NCBI GenBank assembly: GCA_964016885.1
Contig: OZ024756.1
Span: 13,268,001-13,332,000, forward strand
Reading direction: 5' to 3'
Length of the DNA stretch: 64,000 nucleotides
Source: Eledone cirrhosa
Taxonomy: Eukaryota
Under the pieces are notes generated by a model. That model searched no databases and was not told the origin of the DNA. It was given only the letters and a program-made list of their open reading frames with translations. Position numbers and translations under genes: made by a program. Positions 12,801-23,678 of the stretch are shown one piece after another. Numbering within the stretch: the stretch's first letter is position 1; every line of letters begins with the position of its first letter.

Positions 12801-13337
12801 CCGGGACCCATGGACAACTTCCAGAGGTCCCTAGCCTGGCAGTGTTACCGGGGGGCTCTGCCCGTTCGAGAAAAGCTCTACAGACACGGGCGCCCGGGCA
12901 GGGATCCCGCGGAAAAGATATGTCCCAGATGCGTGCGCGACGAGGAAACCGTTGCGCATGCACTGGTACACTGCCCGGGCGTTGCCGATCTGTGGGGCTA
13001 CGTCGAACGACTGCTGTCGCGTGTGGCGCCGATTCGATTAACCGCCGAGTCTGTGGTGAACATCAAGCCGCCTCCTCCCTTCAGAAATGAAGCAGAGGCG
13101 GTCTTTCTGTGCGTAATAGCCATGATGAAAGAGGTTGTGTGGTGGACGCGCCTGAAAGGTCTGAGGTCGGGTGACTTTCTCTCCGGCCATCACCTGGTTT
13201 ACTTCTTCCGATACCACTTCGGAAGAAGGATCAGGATGGAGAGAGAAGTGCTTGGCCCCAGACAGTTTTATGAAAGGTGGGTGAAAGAAGCGAGAATGGC
13301 CCGTGTAAATGGGCCTTCTCTCTACATTGTTCTGTAG
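9894..13337 (+). CDS. LINE ORF2: APE endonuclease + reverse transcriptase + C-terminal CCHC (Tx1-like)
   Basis: Motifs: N-terminal GCLNARGL, VGDWN, SYLDRFLV, SDH; RT motifs KSPGLDGL, FRPITLLN, LDQSKAFDRVDH, IRQGCPLS, YADD; CPRC-x8-H-x4-C. It is open for 1147 codons but has no ATG at the expected start. Confidence 0.93.
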   Translation: MRVGCLNARGLGSAWKQAKLLNDLRSQSIDVMVVCESRISSVRQLAPAFDDFEMHASLCQPGGGGGGVAVLLDKRLALDVQIVHSDPGGGGGGRLLVLDVGGGEGGAFRLVGLYAPFGAERADFFQRLETFLGTSRSLLLVGDWNGILDARWDYAGACPDRGGCSSLKGLLDRFDLVDRFRLDCPTAPTWTWANRSGQSRSYLDRFLVRSKDRDVFSCPELIMVGYSDHKLVTCVVNLDRTHRQGPGYWKMNLSLPAKKDYRNRISSLVKMRLTGAIVNSRWWISLKREIRVSSIGYSKELAANRNRRERELTDKLEEAIRSGDVARVLATRTALSQFFDAKHEGCVVRSKIRALGNEGTKAVSWARVTEAKSGIKSTIRSLRDQDGRVILEPERMCEAFQRHFVRLFGGGGGPDGDVDFGPYLDGLPRLSRGEAECCERPITATEIGEALSQCSRRKSPGLDGLPYELYLAMPVLFSELLEAVYCNWQQNGRIPCSVTKGVVTLVRKDESKGDDLSNFRPITLLNTELQILAKVLAKRLALVVGGLVGDAQTCAIPSRSIHDNLHLMRYIVGRVGNEPGFGGALINLDQSKAFDRVDHGYLDAVLAAAGFGPVFRGWISAMHSGNIYSRIKVNGYLSEPFQITRSIRQGCPLSSLLYVLTLEPLMRKLELLRGIPLEPGLHKAVSAYADDVTVMVADASEIGVIATLLEEYERLTGARLNQDKSVGLQLGTWRGKPMPLDGVVGRWTEGPVKLLGVWFGPDLQVEKNWGEVTSRVFALTQKWAKCKLSLKGRAEVTNAYIASVIYYRLTVVPCPKENLTIMERMLFQFLWKKRPPMVRRSICCQHPSKGGLGMPWLLMRRHALRLRHLQVFLNGQPVWAPFVRRAFPQLVSLTELQSWVKQRPRKLGNWHTECAQALTAIWQADPTISGESTSTFYRGLVASKGDDTLGESLGMEEDELASLFGRTFGPGPMDNFQRSLAWQCYRGALPVREKLYRHGRPGRDPAEKICPRCVRDEETVAHALVHCPGVADLWGYVERLLSRVAPIRLTAESVVNIKPPPPFRNEAEAVFLCVIAMMKEVVWWTRLKGLRSGDFLSGHHLVYFFRYHFGRRIRMEREVLGPRQFYERWVKEARMARVNGPSLYIVL

Positions 13338-13953
13338 GTGAAGAAGTGAAGAGGAAAGGGGGAGCGCCTCCTCTCTGGGCTTCCCCCGCGAAAAGAGTTG
13401 CACACTTTTCGGGGGTATGTGCAATCCCCAACACGCCCCCTCCCTTTTGAGGACTTTTTATTGTTATATTATTATTGTTATTCCTTTTTCTTTACTCGAT
13501 TTATGTAAACTCCCCCACTGTGTAAATGTCCCCTTCTTTTGTGCCCTCGTGGCAAATAAATAGAAATCTATCTATCTATCTACCTACATATCTATGTATG
13601 TATCTATCCATCTATGAATATTAAAACCTGATGGCTAGCGCCGTCTAGAGGATTCTAGTTGAAGCAGAATTTGAAACAGGCCAAAATACATAGTTTATTT
13701 TCAATTTCTGCTGGAAACCGCTATATTTTAAAGTGTTCCTATTCAAATTAAAATCTTTCAACTTAATTTTATATAGAAACTATATGTTAGGTTTACTATA
13801 TTAATAATGAAATAATTAATAATTATAGTAAATCCCTATAAAATGTTATTTAATTAACTGAAATAGAATGTATTTCATTAGAAATATGATCACGATGGGT
13901 TTAGAAAGAGATGCAGTGTGTTTCTTTAGACGGTCAGAAATGAGTTAAACATA

Positions 13954-14149
13954 CAGGGTGTGTAAAAAAAGATTATATTTCAAAAGTTTATATTTTTAAA
14001 AAACCAATGACAGTTACTTGTACAATACATGTTTGAATATAAAGTTTTATTCTTTTTTTATAACTTTTATAATTTTTATAAAGTTATTTGCATATTGAGC
14101 GTTTGTTAAACATAGTGAACAAAATGGGATAATTATTTTTGATATCCTG
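13954..14149. mobile_element. Degenerate Tc1/mariner-type MITE
   Basis: TA-CAGGGTGTGTAAAAAAA ... TTTTTTGATATCCTG-CA form imperfect TIRs. Confidence 0.45.
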
Positions 14150-14184
14150 CATATAGAAGCTTTAAGATTTATCTCACAACAAAT

Positions 14185-14445
14185 ATGTCAACAAGTCGCC
14201 GGAAAGAATACGATCGCGAATACAAGCGGCCAAAATGGGTTCCTCCGAAGGGTCTTTGGAGTAACGTTACTCGATAAAGTGTGTAACTCGGAGATCAGAG
14301 AGTCACTCCAGGGAGAGCAGCTACTTCTCCGAATTGGGAGATCAATTGATTAGAATGTCTTAGGAAAGAATCGCCTGACAAATTTTACGGGCAAAACCAA
14401 CCAGCAAGATACCCCGGGGCTGACCCCGAACAAGATGGTATGAAT
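14185..14445 (+). mobile_element. Degenerate RTE-clade LINE 3' fragment (similar piece at ~20085-20390)
   Basis: Remnants of EMGFLRRV.GVTLLDKV.NSEIRESL..EQLLLRI...GRPRTRW with frameshifts. Confidence 0.6.
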
Positions 14446-14592
14446 ATCATACATATATCGAGAGAAAGTGAGACATTTTATATTTGGTAATGAAAAGATG
14501 ATTGGAACTAGATTTACTGTGTTTTCCATTTAAACTAATTGACTGTCTGACACAAACAGTACACATCTTCCTTTTGGCGATATATATATATA

Positions 14593-15139
14593 TGGCATAC
14601 GTTAAGACGGACGTTGCGGAAAGTGAAAGTAAATTTTTTGACAACAATGTGAATTTTTTTTTTTTTTTTTTTTTACAGTGAAAGTTACGATACACACGCA
14701 ATTGTATGGATTTCTTAATATATATATATATGTGTGGGTGTGTATATATATGTGTCTGTATGTATATATATATGTGTGTTTGTATATATATATATGTGTT
14801 TGTGTCATCATCATCGTTTAACGTCTATCTAAAGAAAGAATAATCACACACGCAATACTAATTAACACCATATCACTATAGACACCTGTTGTAAATAAAC
14901 AACACGCAATACTAATTAACACCATATCACTATAGAGACCTGTTGTAAATAAACAAACAAATTCACAGTGTACACACATATATACACACATATACACACC
15001 CACACATATATATATATTAAGAAATCCATACAATTGCGTGTGTATCGTAACTTTCATTGTAAAAAAAAAACAAAAAACAAATTCACATTGTTGTCAAAAA
15101 ATTTACTTTCACTTTCCGGAACGCCCGTCTTAACGTATG

Positions 15140-15142
<3 letters not shown>
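14593..15142. repeat. Inverted repeat (~130-bp arms, 14593-14725 / 15010-15142) bounded by (TA)n
   Basis: GGCATACGTTAAGACGGACGTTGCGGAAAGTGAAAG... versus ...CTTTCACTTTCCGGAACGCCCGTCTTAACGTATGCC. Confidence 0.85.
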
Positions 15143-15186
<44 letters not shown>

Positions 15187-15338
15187 TTTAAGTATATGTT
15201 GGTTGTTTACCGACTCCTCAGTATGCAAATTGGAGCACTCGACGAAGTACGCAGGTTGGTTTGTTTACTCCGGAGTAATGTAAAATAATTAAGTCAAATA
15301 TGTAAAATTTGGCTTCGTTTATTATAAATTATAGATAT

Positions 15339-15393
15339 ACTGCTATATATATTTCGGTGACAGCCCTCATTGGCTGTGACCTCTTCAGGCAGT
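15339..15393 (-). ncRNA. Type I hammerhead ribozyme
   Basis: ACUGC-CUGAAGA-GGUCACAGCC(AAUGAG)GGCUGUCACC-GAAA-UAUAUA-UA-GCAGU: complete core, helix I ACUGC/GCAGU, palindromic helix III. Confidence 0.85.
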
Positions 15394-16171
15394 CCGAATT
15401 GGTGTGGGAGAGACAGCTACACATGTTGTTGAAGTGTGTTTTTTTCCGTCAATCCATCGATATGTCCAGCTCCTGGTTGGGTTGTTATTTCTCTGAAGAA
15501 CTGGAATCATATGAATTAGAACAAACGAATTTCGGCGTCATAGGACACTCTCGCATCCCATTGGTCAGTTGTGAGAACATTCCTCAGTCAAAAGTCTATA
15601 GAAATTTTTCTGTGGTGAGACAATCTGTTGTAGTTGTTTTTTGTTTAAGTACAGCTGACCTCCTCCATTGTGTTGGTAGTGGTGTTAAGGGGTCAGCTGG
15701 TAGGTCAGCTTTGGTTTGCTGCTGCTATGTGTGTTACAACCAATATCAATATCTTTCAAATTTTGATATTGGTTGTAACACTCACGCATTTTTTTTTTTT
15801 ATTTGTTTGGCACCCCCCACCACATGATATGGTGGCAGGGTAGATGCCAACCCCCACACATAAATTCTTCTGAACATAGCAGCAGCAAACCAAAGCTGAC
15901 CCCTTAGCACCACTACCACTTCCAACACAATGGAGGAGGTCAGCTGTACTTAAACAAAAACAACTACAACAGATTGTCTTGCCTTAGAAAAATTCTATAG
16001 ACTGAGGAATGTTCTCACAACTGACAAATGGAATGTGAGAGTGTTCTAATTCATATGATTCCAGTTCCTCAGAGAAATAACAACGCAACCAGGAGCTGGA
16101 CATATCGGAGTATTGACGGAGTAAAAGACACTTCAACAACATGTGTACCTGTCTCTACCACACCAATTCGG

Positions 16172-16226
16172 ACTGCCTGAAGAGGTCACAGCCAATGATG
16201 TCTGTCACCGAAATATATATAGCAGT
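16172..16226 (+). ncRNA. Type I hammerhead ribozyme
   Basis: ACUGC-CUGAAGA-GGUCACAG...CUGUCACC-GAAA-UAUAUA-UA-GCAGU. Confidence 0.85.
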
Positions 16227-16307
16227 ATATCTATAATTTATAATAAACGAAGCCAAATTTTACATTTTTGATTTAATTATTTTACATTACTCCGGAGTAA
16301 ACAAACC

Positions 16308-16836
16308 TGTAGCGAGATCTGTCCACGCCTTGAACCTTGGGTGACACCTAAAGGTCAAACTCTAGGTCACCACTCTTTTGGTGTGAACAGGTTCATGCGC
16401 GGGCTATCTCCTCAAAGTGGGAGACAAAAAGCGACAGGTATATAAAGCCTATATTTTCCCACCTTAGATACAGAGAGATCGGAGCACCACGATAGAGACT
16501 AGCCATGTGAAAGATTCAGGCCGCAGAGGTCTACAGAAATACAAAGAGATCGGAGCAGTACGATATTACAAGCTATGTGAAAGATTCACCGCTATCTACA
16601 GGCCACAGTGGTCTACAGTCAACTACAGACCATTCATGAACCAACAACAAAAATAACATTGTCAACTTTCGCAACTCGTGGTAACTTGTTTATTGTTCTT
16701 TTTGACTCAAGTGAAGTAAACCTTTATATATAAAGTAAATCGGTCATTCTTGTTATTTCATCTAATAACCATGTTATTACATCTAACAATCTTGTTATAA
16801 TCGTTCTAACAATTACTAAAAATATCATCCGTTAAA
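16308..16836 (+). mobile_element. Candidate solo LTR (Gypsy-like) nested in the PLE arm
   Basis: Absent from the sister arm. It starts TGTAGCG and ends CGTTAAA (degenerate CGCTACA), has AACC/TACC flanks (4-bp TSD with one mismatch) and an internal TATAAAG at ~16441. Confidence 0.6.
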
Positions 16837-17038
16837 TACCAGCCTGCGACCTTCGTCGAGTGCTTCAATCTGCATATTGAGGTGTCGGTAAACAACCAAC
16901 ATATACTCAATAAATATATATATATATACACACACGCACACATACGTACGTACATATATACATACATACATACATAATGGCTGCCCCCTCGTTATCGAGT
17001 ATGAACATTGCACGAAAAAAAAAAAATATATATATATT

Positions 17039-18424
17039 GAGTGAGGTGACGAGCAAGGTGGCCTCCCTCACCCAGAAATGGGCCGAGAGGAAACTGTCCA
17101 TAAAAGGCCGGGCGGAGGTGGCGAATGCTTACATCGCATCCGTCGTCCCTTGCCCCGGCCCAACTCTCACCAAAATGGAGCGCCTCCTCTTCCGCTTTTT
17201 GTGGAAGGGACGCGCTCCCATGGTCAGACGATCCATCTGCTGTCAACACCCGTTGCGTGGAGGACTGGGCATGCCATGGCTGAGGATGCGCAAACATGCG
17301 CTGAGGCTGCGACATCTCTGGTGCTTCCTTGATGGTGAACAGGTGTGGTCGCCGTTCGCCAGGCACGTTTTCCCACAGCTCTTCTCCTTGACGGAGCTGC
17401 AGTCCTGGGTCAGGAAAAGACCGAGGGATAGCGCTTGGAAACTGGAATGTCTCCAGGCGCTCACTGCCCTCTGCCAGCTGGGCACAAATATCGGTGGAAC
17501 ATCCACCTCGACGTTCTATAGAGGACTAGTGGAGGGGAAGAGCGACGACGTTCTCGGAGAGATCCTGGGTGTCGAAGAAGATCAGCTGTTTGCTCTCTTC
17601 CGGAGAACTTTCAGCCCAGGGCCTATGGATAACTTCCAAAAATCCTTGGCCTGGCAGTACTACTGGGGAGCGTTGCCGGTTCAAGATAAGCTCTACAGGC
17701 ACGGAAGTGCCGTCAGCCGAGCCTGTCCGAGATGCGCGCAGAGCGACGAAACCGTCGTGCATGCACTCGTTCAGTGCCCGAGCATTGCTGACTTGTGGAG
17801 CTATGTCGAACAGTTGCTATCGCGTATAGGACTGATGCGGTTATCGACTGAGTCCATTGAGCAGATGGTCTCGCCGTCTTCCTTCGAGGAGGAAGGGCAG
17901 GCGGTTTTCATCTGCCTGGTGGCCATGGCAAAAGAGATTGTGTAGTGGACAAGGTTGAAAGGGTTAAAGACAGACACTTTCCTCTTCGGCGAATCCCTAA
18001 TTAACTTTTTCAAGTTTCTCTTGAAGAGAAAAATCAGAGTGGAGAGGGAAGTGCTGCTTTCTAGCAAGTTTGTTGAAAGGTGGGTGAATGTAGCGAGAAT
18101 GGTCCGAGTGAACGGGACCGCTCTGAATGAATGCCTATAGTTTGAGAAATGGAAAAATTGAGAGAGGGCGCTTGCCCTGGTGGTCAGGGTGGCCGTGGTC
18201 TTTTGTGTGGTTTACGCCACGAGTAACCTTCGGTGGTTTCCCCCCTATTGGGGAATTTTTCATTGTTTCAATTTTCATTTTTATTGTTTATATATATATA
18301 TGTTTCTATGTCTTTTTCTTCTTCTTTTCTTATATAAATAATAAAAATCTTTCCACGCACAAAACCCACATCGTACCGTCTGTAATGTTTTTCTTGATGT
18401 CAGCCCTTGTGGCCAATAAAGAAA

Positions 18425-18425
<1 letters not shown>
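17039..18425 (+). mobile_element. 5'-truncated Tx1-like LINE (different subfamily), C-terminal ORF2 + 3'UTR
   Basis: EVTSKVASLTQKWAERKLSIKGRAEVANAYIAS...CPRCAQSDETVVHALVQC aligns to ORF2 at 12200-13337. There is a premature stop at 17943-17945, and it ends GGCCAATAAAGAAAT. Confidence 0.9.
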
Positions 18426-18512
<87 letters not shown>

Positions 18513-18513
<1 letters not shown>

Positions 18514-19005
18514 GTTCTTTGAGTCTCAGTCACTGGTGGTATTTAACTGGAAAGTTTGTTGAAATGAATATCTAGCCGCTACCTGCACCCTCAGATATTC
18601 AGGACGTATCGGAGGGTTCTTGCTGTTCCCAGCAAGCATGCCTTTTGAAGTGTTCCAAAAAGCGGGGCTGGACTAACTTTCTTTAACCATCCTTGGAAAC
18701 TCTTTGAGACAGTACCTAGTGCGCCTATGACAATCGGGACGACTCTGACTTCATGGCAGTTCCAAATCCTTTTTACCTCCCACTTTAAGTCCTGGTATCG
18801 GTTAATCTTCTCCCTCTCCTTTTCTTGCACTCTCGTGTCAAATGGGCAGGCCACATCTACAACCAGGCACAATCTTTTTTCCTTGTCCACAACCACCAGG
18901 TCAGGCCTATTGTGTTCCAGTTTCTTATCCGTCTGTATCCTAAAATCCCACAGCACCTTCACCTAATCATTTTCTATCACCAACTCTGGCTTATGCTCAT
19001 ACCAC
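18513..19005 (-). mobile_element. 5'-truncated R4/Dong-clade non-LTR retrotransposon (RLE domain) in (TAA)n
   Basis: KVLWDFRIQTDKKLEHNRPDLVVVDK...VVDVACPFD...KINRYQDL...VPIVIGALG...LQKACLLGTA is a PD-(D/E)xK RLE. (ATT)n lies at 18427-18512 and 19006-19070. Confidence 0.88.
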
Positions 19006-19059
<54 letters not shown>

Positions 19060-19286
19060 CATTATTATTATTTATTTATTTATTTTTTTGTAAAATGGAC
19101 ATACTCGATAACGAGGGGGCAGCCATTTTGTATGTATGTGTGTATGTATGTACGTACGTACATATGTATGTGTGTATGTATGTTTGTGTTTATATGTATT
19201 TGTGTATATATATATATATATAAATGAATGTATATATTATGTATATGTCTATATATATGTGTGTATATATACATATATATATATAC

Positions 19287-19378
<92 letters not shown>

Positions 19379-19380
<2 letters not shown>

Positions 19381-19522
19381 CGAAGGAAATGTGGTAAGGA
19401 ACCAGGTGGACCATAACGCACCAAAGTACTCAATACTTGAGGTAGTAGAGTGGGTAATAGGAACCAGTAAGACCCCGACAGCTGAGCTCAAGCCGTTTCG
19501 ACGGCTAATTCTGCGACGGCTA
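19379..19522 (-). mobile_element. PLE pseudo-LTR-like fragment ending at a half-hammerhead (copies at 23610-23798 and 26948-27138)
   Basis: Same ~140-bp sequence found three times in (TA)n. The minus strand reads helix II-GAAA-CGGC(UUGAGCUCA)GCUG-UC-GGGGUC. Confidence 0.6.
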
Positions 19523-19569
<47 letters not shown>

Positions 19570-20396
19570 CGTGTGTGTATATGTATATATGACTAAAGTA
19601 GTGTGTACAAACCTGTATTGAATCTTCTCCAACGCCCTTTTAACCATGTTCCTTTGAAATAAAATCCAGCTCATACTTTCTTTTGGAAACCAACATTGTA
19701 CTCCATATATCTGTTAAGATCTCACAAATACTTTCTTCTTAAATTCATATTAACTTTGTTGTCTGCTCTCAGTTAATAAAACTTAGCTGTTGCCTTTGAT
19801 TTTTGCAGCTCTTTTGAAATTGCTTTTGAATCATTAGAAATCATTTTTCCGAAATAAATTACCTCTTTCACATTCTATGCTGTATTTCCATATATGCTAG
19901 ATGTAACTCCTTCTCTGCTAACTCACTCGAGTTTCAACATTCTTAACAACAAATATACCATCAGCAGTGAAGTGATTTGGGCGGAGTCCTTATTGTGTTT
20001 CACTCTTCCAATTACATTCGTAGCTAGAGTCTTGCTCCTATTAGCTCCAAAGGATAAGCCTTACCAAGCCTCAAACTGTGTAGCTTGAAGATCAGAGCGT
20101 CACTCTAGGTAGAGCCGCTACTTCTCCGAATTCAGAGGTCACAGTTCCGATACTATAGGAATGTAGTTAGAATTTCTCAGGAAATAATAGCTGGACAGAT
20201 TTTACGGGTAAAAACCAACAGGTAGGAGAGCCAGGGGTAGACCCCCGAACAAGATGGTGGGATAAACATCCATGAGCTTGGCTGGTCAGACTTGGGGATC
20301 CTGCTGGATCGGTTGGATTCGGTTGCTTCTGACAGGACCCGCTGGAAGGATTGTTTGAGGACTCTTCCCTCACGTCCCTCTCAGGAATAAGTGGAC

Positions 20397-20976
20397 GAAG
20401 AAGAAGAAGAAGAAGAAGAAGGAGACGAAGAAGAAGAAGAAGGAGGAGAAGAAGAAGACGAAGAAGGCAAAGAAGAAGAAGAAGAAGAAGAAGGCGAAGA
20501 AGATGAAGAAGAAGAAGGAGAAGAAGAAGAAGAAGGCGAAGAAGAAGAAGGTGAAGAAGAAGAAGACGAAGAAGGCAAAGAAGAAGAAGAAGAAGAAGAA
20601 GGCGAAGAAGATGAAGAAGAAGGAGAAGAAGAAGAAGAAGGCGAAGAAGAAGAAGGTGAAGAAGAAGAAGAAGAAGGCAAAGAAGAAGAAGAAGAAGAAG
20701 GCAAAGAAGAAGAAGAAGAAAAAGAAGAAGAAGATAAAGGAGAAGAAGAAGAAGGCGAAGCAGAAGAAGAAGAAGGCAAAGAAAAAGAAGAAGGCAAAGA
20801 AAAAGAAGAAGGCAAAGAAGAAGAAGAAGAGGGCAAAGAAGAAGAAGAAGAAGAAGAAGAAGAAGAAGGAGAAGAAGATGGCGAAGAAGAAGAAGGAGGC
20901 AAAGAAGAAAAAGAAGAAGGCGAAGAAGAAGGCAAAGAAGAAGAAGAAGGCGAAGAAGGCGAAGAAGAAGAAGGCA

Positions 20977-21006
<30 letters not shown>
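20397..21006. repeat. Degenerate (GAA)n expansion (another at 22972-23090)
   Basis: Directly visible; source of the poly-E/K/S/L/F ORFs. Confidence 0.95.
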
Positions 21007-21007
<1 letters not shown>

Positions 21008-21387
21008 TTGCTGCTAGAGTTTCTGATTCCTTTCTGGAAGAAACATGTGCTAGATGTATGCAACCATTCAGTTAGTACAACTATCAAATTATAAATGTCA
21101 GCAGATATAGTTGCTGTGGTCAGTTACTGAGATCGTCTGCTTTCTGAAGCTCTTTAACACATCCTCAACTTCCATCTACTACCACGGTCTCATCTTTAAG
21201 GAGTGGATAGTTTTACCGATGCTATCTCACGAGCATTACGGCCCTTTACGTTCAAATCCCACCGAGGTTAGCTTTGTCTTTCATCTTTACCATGACGTTG
21301 TCCATGTGTAACCAGTTGGTGTCCACTTGTTAGTATTTGGATGAAAGTATGTTCTACGAACGATTATCTCCTTATAATATATAACCA

Positions 21388-21580
21388 GCAAGGCGGTGGA
21401 TTGGCAGTATCGGTAGAGGGTCGGACGCCATGCTTTCCAGCATACTTACGTCCCTTTACGATCTGAGTTCAAATCCCGCCGAGGTTGACTTTGCCTTTCA
21501 TCCTTACGGGGGTCGATAAAATAAAGTACCAGTAATGAACTGGGTTATTGCTGGCCTTGTGCCTGAAGTAGAAACAAATA
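21388..21580 (+). mobile_element. tRNA-derived SINE family 1 (other copies at ~22550-22737 -, 22748-22928 -, 35325-35465 -, 37550-37742 +, 44648-44840 +, 45030-45210 +, 47230-47425 -, 59545-59675 +)
   Basis: A-box TGGCAGTATCGG, B-box GAGTTCAAATCC, conserved centre GCCTTTCATCCTTACGGGGTCGATAAAATAAAGTACCAG (resembles the Meta-type domain, from memory), and tail TTGCTGGCCTTGTGCC-AAAGTAGAAACAA. Confidence 0.85.
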
Positions 21581-21892
21581 TATAACCAGCAATTGTCTAT
21601 CTGTCTGTCCGACAGTGGAAACACGTTCGCGCGTGTGCGAATGTTTTTTGCGCACGCGTAGAGAGAGAGTGAGAGTGAAAGAAAGAGACAGACTACACGA
21701 GCGGGATAGCGGGAGGGAGGGAGAAGGGGGGAATTGAGGAGTGCTACAGAAACATATATACATTTCTGTGTGTGTGTAATATATATATATATACACACAC
21801 AGAAATATATATACATTTCTGTGTGTGTAATATATATATATATATACACACACAGAAATATATATACATTCTGTGTGTGTAATATATATATA

Positions 21893-22330
21893 TACTAGCA
21901 GAAAACCACACGATGGGCGGTTTTCTGCTAGTCTATGTCTGTCTGTGTGTGTGTGTGTGAGTTTGAATCCCTAAAACTCGAGAAGTACCCAACCGATTTT
22001 TTTCAAACTTTACATGTGTATTACTTATGTTTCAGGGAGTGTTATGCACATAACTTTTATGATGTTATGCATAACTTTTATGTTATGCATTCAACTTTTT
22101 GATCCCCTAGGGCCCGCATTAGGTGAATAACTGCGTTTTTTCAGCTTTTTAGAGTTTTTTGAGGCCTTACGTAAGATCGATTTCCTTGAAATTGTAACTA
22201 TGTATTAGTCAGTCTCTTCTTCATACCGTGAGCAAAGAAAATCAGGTGAAAAACTTCATTAGGTGAAAAACTTCATTTTTTCAGCTTTTTAGGGCTTTTT
22301 TGAAGCGTTACGTCTAGCCGATTTCCCCGA
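21893..22330 (+). mobile_element. Helitron/HINE (DINE-1-like) non-autonomous fragment
   Basis: Hairpin ACTAGCAGAAAACC...GGTTTTCTGCTAGT, a (GTCT)/(GT) microsatellite, then AACTCGAGAAGTACCCAACCGATTTTTTTCAAACTTT and ~130-bp internal repeats. Confidence 0.5.
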
Positions 22331-23509
22331 CCGCTTGACCTTCTCAAACCAACCGACAGGAGACCCCCCGATAACATCCATAAGCTCGGCTGGTCTCGCT
22401 TGAGGACCATGACGGATCAGTTGGAGAAGGTTGCTTCTGACACTGCCCCCATCGCCCACTCAGGAATAACAACTGTTCTTTTCCAACACCTCAGCGTTCT
22501 GTTGTCCATCTCCAAGGTTACTTCACTTTCTTCTCAACTATTATTCATAATTGTTTCTACTTTAGGCACAAGGCCAGCAATTACCCCAGTACATTACTGG
22601 TACTTTATTTTATCGACCCCCGTAAGGATGAAAGGCAAAGTCAACCTCGGCGGGATTTGAACTCAGATCGTAAAGGGACGTAACTATCCTAGAAAGCATG
22701 GCGTCCGACCCTCTACCGATACTGCCAATCCACCGTTAGTATATTAATAATTGTTTCTACTATTGGCACAAGGCCAGAAATTACCCAGTACATTACTGGT
22801 ACTTTATTTTATCGACCCCGTAAGGATGAAAGGCAAAGTTAACCTCGGCGGGATTTGAACTCAGAATAGCAAGGGCCGTAACTCTATGCATGAAAGCATG
22901 GCGTCCGACCCTCTACCGATACTGCCAAATGATGATGAAGATGATAGATTTCCAACATAGGCACGTGGGCAAAGAAGAAGAAGAAGAAGAAGAAGAAGAA
23001 GAAGAAGAAGAAGAAGAAGAAGAAGAAGAAGAAGAAGAAAAAGAAGAAGAAGAAGAAGAAGAAGAAGAAGAAGAAGAAGAAGAAGAAGAAGATGATGATG
23101 ATGATGACGACGAATATGGTGAAAATATAAACACAGAAAAAGGAAAAAAAAAAAAAAAAAAAACCCCAAAAAAACGCAAGCGAACTATACCCCGCCCCAC
23201 ATTCTCTTCCCCTCCTCAACTCCCTTTTATCATATTTTTTTAAATAACATCAACAATGACAGCGATGACGGCGGTGGTGGCCATGATAATGGCGTAAAAG
23301 TTTAGCAGAGAGCAAACGGCGGCGGGCGCGCTGTTACAGTAGTCCGTGTCACAAAAACAATAGAAGGCCGTCATCTACTGATACTGCCAATTCACCGCCC
23401 TATTATTCATAATGATCAACTACTATTATAGTTACTTACGTGGAGAAGACTACATTTAAAACTTACACTTCAAATTTTCCAAATGTTTACGTCAACCGAA
23501 CACCCTCCC

Positions 23510-23565
<56 letters not shown>

Positions 23566-23575
23566 CACCTACACC

Positions 23576-23611
<36 letters not shown>

Positions 23612-23678
23612 ACGAAGGAAATGTGGTAAGGAACCAGGTGGACCATAACGCACCAAAGTACTCAATACTTGAGGTAGT

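Larger units (their letters stand above)
7850..13566 (+). mobile_element. Near full-length Tx1/L1-clade LINE inserted in (TATC)n
   Basis: 5'UTR, frameshifted gag-like ORF1 with a CCHC knuckle, open EN-RT-CCHC ORF2, and 3'UTR ending GGCAAATAAATAGAAA. (TATC)n lies at 7827-7849 and 13567-13615. Confidence 0.92.
15185..16910. mobile_element. Penelope-like element remnant: two pseudo-LTR arms in inverted orientation, each carrying a hammerhead
   Basis: 15185-15730 is the diverged reverse complement of 15875-16307 + 16837-16910. Both arms end in (TA)n and contain type I HHR motifs. Confidence 0.75.

Noticed and set aside
15195-15250. CUGAGGA followed by a hairpin on the minus strand (possible type III hammerhead)
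   Set aside because: No GAAA follows helix II and helix I does not pair.
20167-21087. Poly-Glu 'acidic protein' and poly-Lys ORFs
   Set aside because: Degenerate (GAA)n following an RTE 3' fragment; open in several frames, with no splice or homology support.
21395-21485. tRNA gene-like A/B boxes (many places)
   Set aside because: They are SINE heads continuing into SINE bodies; no complete cloverleaf.
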